In this document: in pieces, positions 28,501-40,500 of the stretch
Numbering within the stretch: the first letter of the stretch is position 1
How the letters are laid out: the number at the start of each line of letters is the position of its first letter
Assembly (NCBI RefSeq): GCF_009914755.1
Contig: NC_060925.1
Strand: one strand, 5' to 3'
Source of the DNA: the human T2T-CHM13v2.0 reference genome, Homo sapiens
DNA length: 64,000 bases
Notes under the pieces: generated by a model
The model's input: only the letters and a program-made list of their open reading frames with translations
Told to the model about the DNA's origin: nothing
Database searches by the model: none
Made by a program: the position numbers and the translations under genes

Positions 28501-31500
28501 CCTTGGCTGGCTTGGCTAGTTGGCTGGCTTGGCTGACTGGCTGGCTGGGTATCTTGGGTGGCTTGGCTGGCTGGGTGGCTTCGCTGGTTTGGCTGGCTGG
28601 CTTGGCTGGCTGGCTTGCTGGCTTGCTTGGCTGGCTTGGCTGGCTGGCTGGCTTGGCTGTCTGGGCCGGCTGGCTGGCTTGCATGGCTTGGCTGGCTGGG
28701 TGGCTGTCCGGCCTGGCTGGCTGGGTGGCTGGCTGGCTTGGCTGGCTGGGTGGCAGGCTGGCCTGGCTTGCTGTGTGGCTGGCTGGCTTGGCTGGCTGGG
28801 TGGCTGGCTGGCCTGGCTGGCTGGGTGGCTGGCTGGCTTGGCTGGCTGGCTGGCCTGCTGGCTGGCTTGGCTGGCTTGGCTGGCTGGGTGGCTTGGCTGG
28901 CTTGGTTGCCTGGCTGGCTTGGCTGCCTGGCTGGCTTGGCTGTCAGGCCTGGCTTTGCTGGCTTGGCTGGCATGCCTGGCTTGGCTGGCTGGCTGGCTTG
29001 GCTGGCTTGGCTGGCTTGGCTGCCTGGCTGGCTTGGCTGGCTTGGCTCACTGGCTGGGTGGCTGGCCTGGCTAGCTGGGCGGCTTGGCTGGCTTGGCTGG
29101 CTGGGCGGCTTGGCTGGGCAGCTTGGCTGGCTTGGCTGGCTTGGCTGGCTTGGCTGTCTGGGCTGGCTGGCTGGCTTGGCTGGCTTGGCTGGCCAGGTGA
29201 CTTGGCTGGCTTGAGTGGCTGAGTGGATTGGCTAGCTTGGCTGGCCAGCTGGCTTGGCTGTCTTGGCTGGCTGGGTTGCCTGGATGGCTTGGCAGGCTGG
29301 CTGGCTTCTCTGGCTTGGCTGGCTGGCTGGCTTGGCTGGTTGGCTGGCTTGGCTGCCTTGGATGGCTATCAGGCTTGGCTGGCTTGGCTGGCTGTCTGTC
29401 TTGGCTGGCTTGGCTGGCTGGCAGGCTTGGCTGGCTTGGCTCGCTTGCTGGCTGGCTGGCGGGCCTTTCTGGCTGGGTGGCTTGGCTGGCCTGGCTGGCT
29501 CTGTGGCTTGGCTGGCTTGGCTGGCTGGGTGGCTTGGCTGGCTTGGCTGGCTGGGAGGCTTGGCTGGCTGGCTGCTTGGCTGGCTGACTGGTTTGGCTGG
29601 CTTGGCTGGCTGGGTGGCTTGGCTGGCTTGGCTGTCTGGTCTGGCTGGCTGGCTTGGCTGGCTTGGCTGGCTTGGCTGGCCAGGTGACTTGGCTGGCTTG
29701 AGTGGCTGAGTGGATTGGCTAGCTTGGCTGGCCGGCTGGCTTGGCTGTCTTGGCTGGCTGGGTTGCCTGGATGGCTTGGCAGGCTGGCTGGCTTGGCTGG
29801 CTTGGCTGGCAGGCTGGTTTGGCAGGCTTGGCTGTCTGGGCTGGCTGGGTGGCTGGCTGGCCTGGCTGGCTGGGTGGCTAGCTGGCTTGGCTGGCTTGTC
29901 TGGCTTGGCTGGCTGGGTGGCAGGCTGGCCTGGCTGGCTGGATGGCTGGCTGGCTTGGCTGGCTGGGTGGTTTGGCTGGCGTGGCTGTCTTGGCTGGCTG
30001 GGTGGCTTGGCTGGGTCGGTGGCTTGGCTGGCTTGGCTGCCTGGCCGGCTTGGCTGCCTTGGCTGTCTGGCCGGCTTGGTTGGCTGGCAGGCCGGCCGGC
30101 TTGGCTGGCTGGCTGGTTGGCTGGCTTGGCTAGCTGACTGGCTTGGCTGGTTGGCTGGCTTGGCTGTCTTGGCTGGCTGGCTTGGCTGCCTGGCTGGTTT
30201 GGCTGGCATGCCTGGCTTTGCTTGCTGGCTGGCTTGGCTGGCTTGGCTGGCATGCCTGTCTTGGCTGGCTGGCGGGCCTGGCTGGCTTGGCTGGCTTGGC
30301 TGCCTGGCTGGCTTGGCTGGCATGCCTGTCTTGGCTGGCTGGCGGGCTTGACTGTCTTGGCTGGCTTGGCTGCCTGGCTGGCTTGGCTGGCTTGGCTCGC
30401 TGGCTGGCTGGCTTGGCTGGCTTGGGTGGCTGGCTGCCTGGCTGGCTGATTATCTTGGCTGGCTCGGCTGGCTGGGTGGCTTGGCTCGCTGGGTGGCATG
30501 GCTGGTTTGGCTGGCTTTCTGGCTGGGTGGCTTGGCTAGCTGGCTGGCTTGGCTGGTTGGCTGGCTTGGCTGGCTTGGCTGGCTGGCTTGGCTGGTGGCT
30601 GGCTTGGCTGGCTTGGCTAGTTGGCTGGCTTGGCTGACTGGCTGGCTGGGTATCTTGGGTGGCTTGGCTGGCTGGGTGGCTTCGCTGGTTTGGCTGGCTG
30701 GCTTGGCTGGCTGGCTTGCTGGCTTGCTTGGCTGGCTTGGCTGGCTGGCTGGCTTGGCTATCTGGGCTGGCTGGCTGGCTTGCATGGCTTGGCTGGCTGG
30801 GTGGCTGACCGGCCTGGCTGGCTGGGTGGCTGGCTGGCCTGGCTGGCTGGGTGGCAGGCTGGCCTGGCTTGCTGTGTGGCTGGCTGGCTTGGCTGGCTGG
30901 GTGGCTGGCTGGCCTGGCTGGCTGGGTGGCTGGCTGGCTTGGCTGGCTGGCTGGCCTGCTGGCTGGCTTGGCTGGCTTGGCTGGCTGGGTGGCTTGGCTG
31001 GCTTGGTTGCCTGGCTGGCTTGGCTGCCTGGCTGGCTTGGCTGTCAGGCCTGGCTTTGCTGGCTTGGCTGGCATGCCTGGCTTGGCTGGCTGGCTGGCTT
31101 GGCTGGCTTGGCTGGCTTGGCTGCCTGGCTGGCTTGGCTGGCTTGGCTCACTGGCTGGGTGGCTGGCCTGGCTAGCTGGGCGGCTTGGCTGGCTTGGCTG
31201 GCTGGGCGGCTTGGCTGGGCGGCTTGGCTGGCTTGACTGGCTGGGTGGCTTGGCTGGCTTGGCTGGCTTGGCTGTCTGGGCTGGCTGGCTGGCTTGGCTG
31301 GCTTGGCTGGCCAGGTGACTTGGCTGGCTTGAGTGGCTGAGTGGATTGGCTAGCTTGGCTGGCCAGCTGGCTTGGCTGTCTTGGCTGGCTGGGTTGCCTG
31401 GATGGCTTGGCAGGCTGGCTGGCTTGGCTGGCTTGGCTGGCAGGCTGGTTTGGCAGGCTTGGCTGTGTTGGCTGGCTGGGTTGCCTGGATGGCCTGGCTG

Positions 31501-34500
31501 TCTGGGTGGCTGGCTGGCTTGGCTGTCTGGCTGGCTTGCTGGCTGGCTTGGCTGGCTGGGTGGCTTGGCTGGCTTGGCTGGCTGGGTGGCTTGGCTGGCT
31601 TGGCTGGCTGGGCTGGCTGGCTGGCTTGGCTGGCTTGGCTGGCCGGGTGACTTGGCTGGCTTGAGTGGGTGAGTGGATTGGCTAGCTTGGCTGGCCGGCT
31701 GGCTTGGCAGGCTGGATGGCTTGGCTGGCTTGGCTGGCAGGCTGGTTTGGCTGGCGTGGCTGTCTTGGCTGGCTGGGTGGCTTGGCTGGGTCGGTGGCTT
31801 GGCTGGCTTGGCTGCCTGCCCGGCTTGGCTGCCTTGGCTGCCTGGCCGGCTTGGTTGGCTGGCAGGCCGGCCGGCTTGGCTGGCTGGCTGGTTGGCTGGC
31901 TTGGCTAGCTGACTGGCTTGGCTGGTTGGCTGGCTTGGCTGTCTTGGCTGGCTGGCTTGGCTGGCCGTGTGACTTGGCTGGCTTGGGTAGCCGGCTGGCT
32001 TCGCTGACTGGATGGCTTGGCTGGCATGCCTGGCTTGGCTGGCTGGCTGGCTGGCTTGGCTCACTGGCTGGGTGGCTGGCCTGGCTAGTTGGGCGGCTTG
32101 GCTGGCTTGGCTGGCTGGGCGGCTTGGCTGGGCGCCTTGGCTGGCTTGGCTGGCTGGGTGGCTTGGCTGGCTTGGCTGGTTGGGAGGCTTGGCTGGCTTG
32201 GCTGTCTGGGCTGGCTGGGTGGCTTGGCTGGCCGGGTGACTTGGCTGGCTTGAGTGGCTGAGTGGATTGGCTAGCTTGGCTGGCCAGCTGGCTTGGCAGG
32301 CTGGATGGCTTGGCTGGCTTTGCTGGCAGGCTGGTTTGGCTGGCTTGGCTGGCTTGGCTGGCTGGGTGGCTTGGCTGGCTTGGCTTGGTCAGTGGCTTGG
32401 CTGGCTTGGCTGCCTGGCCGGCTTGGCTGCCTTGGCTGTCTGGCCGGCTTGGTTGGCTGGCAGGCTGGCCGGCTTGACTGGCTGGCTGGTTGGCTGGCTT
32501 GGCTAGCTGACTGTCTTGGCTGGTTGGCTGGCTTGGCTGGTTGGCTGGCTGGCTTGGCCGGCCGGGTGGCTTGGCTGGCTTGGCTAGCTGACTGGCTTGA
32601 CTGGTTGGCTGTCTTGGCTGGCTTGGCTGGCTTGGCTGGCTGGCTTGGCTGGCCGGGTGGCTTGGCTGGCTTGGCTAGCCGGCTGGCTTAGGTGGCTGGA
32701 TGGATTGGCTGGCATGCCTGGCTTGGCTGGCTGGCTTGCTTGGCTGGCTTGGCTGCCTGTCTGGCTTGGCTGGCATGCCTGGCTTTGCTTGCTGGCTGGC
32801 TTGGCTGCCTGGCTGGCTTGGTTGGCATGCCTGTCTTGGCTGGCTGGCTGGCTTGGCTGGCTTGGCTGGCTTGGCTGCCTGGCTGGCTTGGCTGGCTTGG
32901 CTCACTGGCTGGGTGGCTGGCCTGGCTAGCTGGGCGGCTTGGCTGGCTTGGCTGGCTGGGCGGCTTGGCTGGGCAGCTTGGCTGGCTTGGCTGGCTTGGC
33001 TGGCTTGGCTGTCTGGGCTGGCTGGCTGGCTTGGCTGGCTTGGCTGGCCAGGTGACTTGGCTGGCTTGAGTGGCTGAGTGGATTGGCTAGCTTGGCTGGC
33101 CAGCTGGCTTGGCTGTCTTGGCTGGCTGGGTTGCCTGGATGGCTTGGCAGGCTGGCTGGCTTCTCTGGCTTGGCTGGCTGGCTGGCTTGGCTGGTTGGCT
33201 GGCTTGGCTGCCTTGGATGGCTATCAGGCTTGGCTGGCTTGGCTGGCTGTCTGTCTTGGCTGGCTTGGCTGGCTGGCAGGCTTGGCTGGCTTGGCTCGCT
33301 TGCTGGCTGGCTGGCGGGCCTTTCTGGCTGGGTGGCTTGGCTGGCCTGGCTGGCTCTGTGGCTTGGCTGGCTTGGCTGGCTGGGTGGCTTGGCTGGCTTG
33401 GCTGGCTGGGAGGCTTGGCTGGCTGGCTGCTTGGCTGGCTGACTGGTTTGGCTGGCTTGGCTGGCTGGGTGGCTTGGCTGGCTTGGCTGTCTGGTCTGGC
33501 TGGCTGGCTTGGCTGGCTTGGCTGGCTTGGCTGGCCAGGTGACTTGGCTGGCTTGAGTGGCTGAGTGGATTGGCTAGCTTGGCTGGCCGGCTGGCTTGGC
33601 TGTCTTGGCTGGCTGGGTTGCCTGGATGGCTTGGCAGGCTGGCTGGCTTGGCTGGCTTGGCTGGCAGGCTGGTTTGGCAGGCTTGGCTGTCTGGGCTGGC
33701 TGGGTGGCTGGCTGGCCTGGCTGGCTGGGTGGCTAGCTGGCTTGGCTGGCTTGTCTGGCTTGGCTGGCTGGGTGGCAGGCTGGCCTGGCTGGCTGGATGG
33801 CTGGCTGGCTTGGCTGGCTGGGTGGTTTGGCTGGCGTGGCTGTCTTGGCTGGCTGGGTGGCTTGGCTGGGTCGGTGGCTTGGCTGGCTTGGCTGCCTGGC
33901 CGGCTTGGCTGCCTTGGCTGTCTGGCCGGCTTGGTTGGCTGGCAGGCCGGCCGGCTTGGCTGGCTGGCTGGTTGGCTGGCTTGGCTAGCTGACTGGCTTG
34001 GCTGGTTGGCTGGCTTGGCTGTCTTGGCTGGCTGGCTTGGCTGCCTGGCTGGTTTGGCTGGCATGCCTGGCTTTGCTTGCTGGCTGGCTTGGCTGGCTTG
34101 GCTGGCATGCCTGTCTTGGCTGGCTGGCGGGCCTGGCTGGCTTGGCTGGCTTGGCTGCCTGGCTGGCTTGGCTGGCATGCCTGTCTTGGCTGGCTGGCGG
34201 GCTTGACTGTCTTGGCTGGCTTGGCTGCCTGGCTGGCTTGGCTGGCTTGGCTCGCTGGCTGGCTGGCTTGGCTGGCTTGGGTGGCTGGCTGCCTGGCTGG
34301 CTGATTATCTTGGCTGGCTCGGCTGGCTGGGTGGCTTGGCTCGCTGGGTGGCATGGCTGGTTTGGCTGGCTTTCTGGCTGGGTGGCTTGGCTAGCTGGCT
34401 GGCTTGGCTGGTTGGCTGGCTTGGCTGGCTTGGCTGGCTGGCTTGGCTGGTGGCTGGCTTGGCTGGCTTGGCTAGTTGGCTGGCTTGGCTGACTGGCTGG

Positions 34501-37500
34501 CTGGGTATCTTGGGTGGCTTGGCTGGCTGGGTGGCTTCGCTGGTTTGGCTGGCTGGCTTGGCTGGCTGGCTTGCTGGCTTGCTTGGCTGGCTTGGCTGGC
34601 TGGCTGGCTTGGCTATCTGGGCTGGCTGGCTGGCTTGCATGGCTTGGCTGGCTGGGTGGCTGACCGGCCTGGCTGGCTGGGTGGCTGGCTGGCCTGGCTG
34701 GCTGGGTGGCAGGCTGGCCTGGCTTGCTGTGTGGCTGGCTGGCTTGGCTGGCTGGGTGGCTGGCTGGCCTGGCTGGCTGGGTGGCTGGCTGGCTTGGCTG
34801 GCTGGCTGGCCTGCTGGCTGGCTTGGCTGGCTTGGCTGGCTGGGTGGCTTGGCTGGCTTGGTTGCCTGGCTGGCTTGGCTGCCTGGCTGGCTTGGCTGTC
34901 AGGCCTGGCTTTGCTGGCTTGGCTGGCATGCCTGGCTTGGCTGGCTGGCTGGCTTGGCTGGCTTGGCTGGCTTGGCTGCCTGGCTGGCTTGGCTGGCTTG
35001 GCTCACTGGCTGGGTGGCTGGCCTGGCTAGCTGGGCGGCTTGGCTGGCTTGGCTGGCTGGGCGGCTTGGCTGGGCGGCTTGGCTGGCTTGACTGGCTGGG
35101 TGGCTTGGCTGGCTTGGCTGGCTTGGCTGTCTGGGCTGGCTGGCTGGCTTGGCTGGCTTGGCTGGCCAGGTGACTTGGCTGGCTTGAGTGGCTGAGTGGA
35201 TTGGCTAGCTTGGCTGGCCAGCTGGCTTGGCTGTCTTGGCTGGCTGGGTTGCCTGGATGGCTTGGCAGGCTGGCTGGCTTGGCTGGCTTGGCTGGCAGGC
35301 TGGTTTGGCAGGCTTGGCTGTGTTGGCTGGCTGGGTTGCCTGGATGGCCTGGCTGTCTGGGTGGCTGGCTGGCTTGGCTGTCTGGCTGGCTTGCTGGCTG
35401 GCTTGGCTGGCTGGGTGGCTTGGCTGGCTTGGCTGGCTGGGTGGCTTGGCTGGCTTGGCTGGCTGGGCTGGCTGGCTGGCTTGGCTGGCTTGGCTGGCCG
35501 GGTGACTTGGCTGGCTTGAGTGGGTGAGTGGATTGGCTAGCTTGGCTGGCCGGCTGGCTTGGCAGGCTGGATGGCTTGGCTGGCTTGGCTGGCAGGCTGG
35601 TTTGGCTGGCGTGGCTGTCTTGGCTGGCTGGGTGGCTTGGCTGGGTCGGTGGCTTGGCTGGCTTGGCTGCCTGGCCGGCTTGGCTGCCTTGGCTGCCTGG
35701 CCGGCTTGGTTGGCTGGCAGGCCGGCCGGCTTGGCTGGCTGGCTGGTTGGCTGGCTTGGCTAGCTGACTGGCTTGGCTGGTTGGCTGGCTTGGCTGTCTT
35801 GGCTGGCTGGCTTGGCTGGCCGTGTGACTTGGCTGGCTTGGGTAGCCGGCTGGCTTCGCTGACTGGATGGCTTGGCTGGCATGCCTGGCTTGGCTGGCTG
35901 GCTGGCTGGCTTGGCTCACTGGCTGGGTGGCTGGCCTGGCTAGTTGGGCGGCTTGGCTGGCTTGGCTGGCTGGGCGGCTTGGCTGGGCGCCTTGGCTGGC
36001 TTGGCTGGCTGGGTGGCTTGGCTGGCTTGGCTGGCTGGGAGGCTTGGCTGGCTTGGCTGTCTGGGCTGGCTGGGTGGCTTGGCTGGCCGGGTGACTTGGC
36101 TGGCTTGAGTGGCTGAGTGGATTGGCTAGCTTGGCTGGCCAGCTGGCTTGGCAGGCTGGATGGCTTGGCTGGCTTTGCTGGCAGGCTGGTTTGGCTGGCT
36201 TGGCTGGCTTGGCTGGCTGGGTGGCTTGGCTGGCTTGGCTTGGTCAGTGGCTTGGCTGGCTTGGCTGCCTGGCCGGCTTGGCTGCCTTGGCTGTCTGGCC
36301 GGCTTGGTTGGCTGGCAGGCTGGCCGGCTTGACTGGCTGGCTGGTTGGCTGGCTTGGCTAGCTGACTGTCTTGGCTGGTTGGCTGGCTTGGCTGGTTGGC
36401 TGGCTGGCTTGGCCGGCCGGGTGGCTTGGCTGGCTTGGCTAGCTGACTGGCTTGACTGGTTGGCTGTCTTGGCTGGCTTGGCTGGCTTGGCTGGCTGGCT
36501 TGGCTGGCCGGGTGGCTTGGCTGGCTTGGCTAGCCGGCTGGCTTAGGTGGCTGGATGGATTGGCTGGCATGCCTGGCTTGGCTGGCTGGCTTGCTTGGCT
36601 GGCTTGGCTGCCTGTCTGGCTTGGCTGGCATGCCTGGCTTTGCTTGCTGGCTGGCTTGGCTGCCTGGCTGGCTTGGTTGGCATGCCTGTCTTGGCTGGCT
36701 GGCTGGCTTGGCTGGCTTGGCTGGCTTGGCTGCCTGGCTGGCTTGGCTGGCTTGGCTCACTGGCTGGGTGGCTGGCCTGGCTAGCTGGGCGGCTTGGCTG
36801 GCTTGGCTGGCTGGGCGGCTTGGCTGGGCAGCTTGGCTGGCTTGGCTGGCTTGGCTGGCTTGGCTGTCTGGGCTGGCTGGCTGGCTTGGCTGGCTTGGCT
36901 GGCCAGGTGACTTGGCTGGCTTGAGTGGCTGAGTGGATTGGCTAGCTTGGCTGGCCAGCTGGCTTGGCTGTCTTGGCTGGCTGGGTTGCCTGGATGGCTT
37001 GGCAGGCTGGCTGGCTTCTCTGGCTTGGCTGGCTGGCTGGCTTGGCTGGTTGGCTGGCTTGGCTGCCTTGGATGGCTATCAGGCTTGGCTGGCTTGGCTG
37101 GCTGTCTGTCTTGGCTGGCTTGGCTGGCTGGCAGGCTTGGCTGGCTTGGCTCGCTTGCTGGCTGGCTGGCGGGCCTTTCTGGCTGGGTGGCTTGGCTGGC
37201 CTGGCTGGCTCTGTGGCTTGGCTGGCTTGGCTGGCTGGGTGGCTTGGCTGGCTTGGCTGGCTGGGAGGCTTGGCTGGCTGGCTGCTTGGCTGGCTGACTG
37301 GTTTGGCTGGCTTGGCTGGCTGGGTGGCTTGGCTGGCTTGGCTGTCTGGTCTGGCTGGCTGGCTTGGCTGGCTTGGCTGGCTTGGCTGGCCAGGTGACTT
37401 GGCTGGCTTGAGTGGCTGAGTGGATTGGCTAGCTTGGCTGGCCGGCTGGCTTGGCTGTCTTGGCTGGCTGGGTTGCCTGGATGGCTTGGCAGGCTGGCTG

Positions 37501-40500
37501 GCTTGGCTGGCTTGGCTGGCAGGCTGGTTTGGCAGGCTTGGCTGTCTGGGCTGGCTGGGTGGCTGGCTGGCCTGGCTGGCTGGGTGGCTAGCTGGCTTGG
37601 CTGGCTTGTCTGGCTTGGCTGGCTGGGTGGCAGGCTGGCCTGGCTGGCTGGATGGCTGGCTGGCTTGGCTGGCTGGGTGGTTTGGCTGGCGTGGCTGTCT
37701 TGGCTGGCTGGGTGGCTTGGCTGGGTCGGTGGCTTGGCTGGCTTGGCTGCCTGGCCGGCTTGGCTGCCTTGGCTGTCTGGCCGGCTTGGTTGGCTGGCAG
37801 GCCGGCCGGCTTGGCTGGCTGGCTGGTTGGCTGGCTTGGCTAGCTGACTGGCTTGGCTGGTTGGCTGGCTTGGCTGTCTTGGCTGGCTGGCTTGGCTGCC
37901 TGGCTGGTTTGGCTGGCATGCCTGGCTTTGCTTGCTGGCTGGCTTGGCTGGCTTGGCTGGCATGCCTGTCTTGGCTGGCTGGCGGGCCTGGCTGGCTTGG
38001 CTGGCTTGGCTGCCTGGCTGGCTTGGCTGGCATGCCTGTCTTGGCTGGCTGGCGGGCTTGACTGTCTTGGCTGGCTTGGCTGCCTGGCTGGCTTGGCTGG
38101 CTTGGCTCGCTGGCTGGCTGGCTTGGCTGGCTTGGGTGGCTGGCTGCCTGGCTGGCTGATTATCTTGGCTGGCTCGGCTGGCTGGGTGGCTTGGCTCGCT
38201 GGGTGGCATGGCTGGTTTGGCTGGCTTTCTGGCTGGGTGGCTTGGCTAGCTGGCTGGCTTGGCTGGTTGGCTGGCTTGGCTGGCTTGGCTGGCTGGCTTG
38301 GCTGGTGGCTGGCTTGGCTGGCTTGGCTAGTTGGCTGGCTTGGCTGACTGGCTGGCTGGGTATCTTGGGTGGCTTGGCTGGCTGGGTGGCTTCGCTGGTT
38401 TGGCTGGCTGGCTTGGCTGGCTGGCTTGCTGGCTTGCTTGGCTGGCTTGGCTGGCTGGCTGGCTTGGCTATCTGGGCTGGCTGGCTGGCTTGCATGGCTT
38501 GGCTGGCTGGGTGGCTGACCGGCCTGGCTGGCTGGGTGGCTGGCTGGCCTGGCTGGCTGGGTGGCAGGCTGGCCTGGCTTGCTGTGTGGCTGGCTGGCTT
38601 GGCTGGCTGGGTGGCTGGCTGGCCTGGCTGGCTGGGTGGCTGGCTGGCTTGGCTGGCTGGCTGGCCTGCTGGCTGGCTTGGCTGGCTTGGCTGGCTGGGT
38701 GGCTTGGCTGGCTTGGTTGCCTGGCTGGCTTGGCTGCCTGGCTGGCTTGGCTGTCAGGCCTGGCTTTGCTGGCTTGGCTGGCATGCCTGGCTTGGCTGGC
38801 TGGCTGGCTTGGCTGGCTTGGCTGGCTTGGCTGCCTGGCTGGCTTGGCTGGCTTGGCTCACTGGCTGGGTGGCTGGCCTGGCTAGCTGGGCGGCTTGGCT
38901 GGCTTGGCTGGCTGGGCGGCTTGGCTGGGCGGCTTGGCTGGCTTGACTGGCTGGGTGGCTTGGCTGGCTTGGCTGGCTTGGCTGTCTGGGCTGGCTGGCT
39001 GGCTTGGCTGGCTTGGCTGGCCAGGTGACTTGGCTGGCTTGAGTGGCTGAGTGGATTGGCTAGCTTGGCTGGCCAGCTGGCTTGGCTGTCTTGGCTGGCT
39101 GGGTTGCCTGGATGGCTTGGCAGGCTGGCTGGCTTGGCTGGCTTGGCTGGCAGGCTGGTTTGGCAGGCTTGGCTGTGTTGGCTGGCTGGGTTGCCTGGAT
39201 GGCCTGGCTGTCTGGGTGGCTGGCTGGCTTGGCTGTCTGGCTGGCTTGCTGGCTGGCTTGGCTGGCTGGGTGGCTTGGCTGGCTTGGCTGGCTGGGTGGC
39301 TTGGCTGGCTTGGCTGGCTGGGCTGGCTGGCTGGCTTGGCTGGCTTGGCTGGCCGGGTGACTTGGCTGGCTTGAGTGGGTGAGTGGATTGGCTAGCTTGG
39401 CTGGCCGGCTGGCTTGGCAGGCTGGATGGCTTGGCTGGCTTGGCTGGCAGGCTGGTTTGGCTGGCGTGGCTGTCTTGGCTGGCTGGGTGGCTTGGCTGGG
39501 TCGGTGGCTTGGCTGGCTTGGCTGCCTGGCCGGCTTGGCTGCCTTGGCTGCCTGGCCGGCTTGGTTGGCTGGCAGGCCGGCCGGCTTGGCTGGCTGGCTG
39601 GTTGGCTGGCTTGGCTAGCTGACTGGCTTGGCTGGTTGGCTGGCTTGGCTGTCTTGGCTGGCTGGCTTGGCTGGCCGTGTGACTTGGCTGGCTTGGGTAG
39701 CCGGCTGGCTTCGCTGACTGGATGGCTTGGCTGGCATGCCTGGCTTGGCTGGCTGGCTGGCTGGCTTGGCTCACTGGCTGGGTGGCTGGCCTGGCTAGTT
39801 GGGCGGCTTGGCTGGCTTGGCTGGCTGGGCGGCTTGGCTGGGCGCCTTGGCTGGCTTGGCTGGCTGGGTGGCTTGGCTGGCTTGGCTGGCTGGGAGGCTT
39901 GGCTGGCTTGGCTGTCTGGGCTGGCTGGGTGGCTTGGCTGGCCGGGTGACTTGGCTGGCTTGAGTGGCTGAGTGGATTGGCTAGCTTGGCTGGCCAGCTG
40001 GCTTGGCAGGCTGGATGGCTTGGCTGGCTTTGCTGGCAGGCTGGTTTGGCTGGCTTGGCTGGCTTGGCTGGCTGGGTGGCTTGGCTGGCTTGGCTTGGTC
40101 AGTGGCTTGGCTGGCTTGGCTGCCTGGCCGGCTTGGCTGCCTTGGCTGTCTGGCCGGCTTGGTTGGCTGGCAGGCTGGCCGGCTTGACTGGCTGGCTGGT
40201 TGGCTGGCTTGGCTAGCTGACTGTCTTGGCTGGTTGGCTGGCTTGGCTGGTTGGCTGGCTGGCTTGGCCGGCCGGGTGGCTTGGCTGGCTTGGCTAGCTG
40301 ACTGGCTTGACTGGTTGGCTGTCTTGGCTGGCTTGGCTGGCTTGGCTGGCTGGCTTGGCTGGCCGGGTGGCTTGGCTGGCTTGGCTAGCCGGCTGGCTTA
40401 GGTGGCTGGATGGATTGGCTGGCATGCCTGGCTTGGCTGGCTGGCTTGCTTGGCTGGCTTGGCTGCCTGTCTGGCTTGGCTGGCATGCCTGGCTTTGCTT

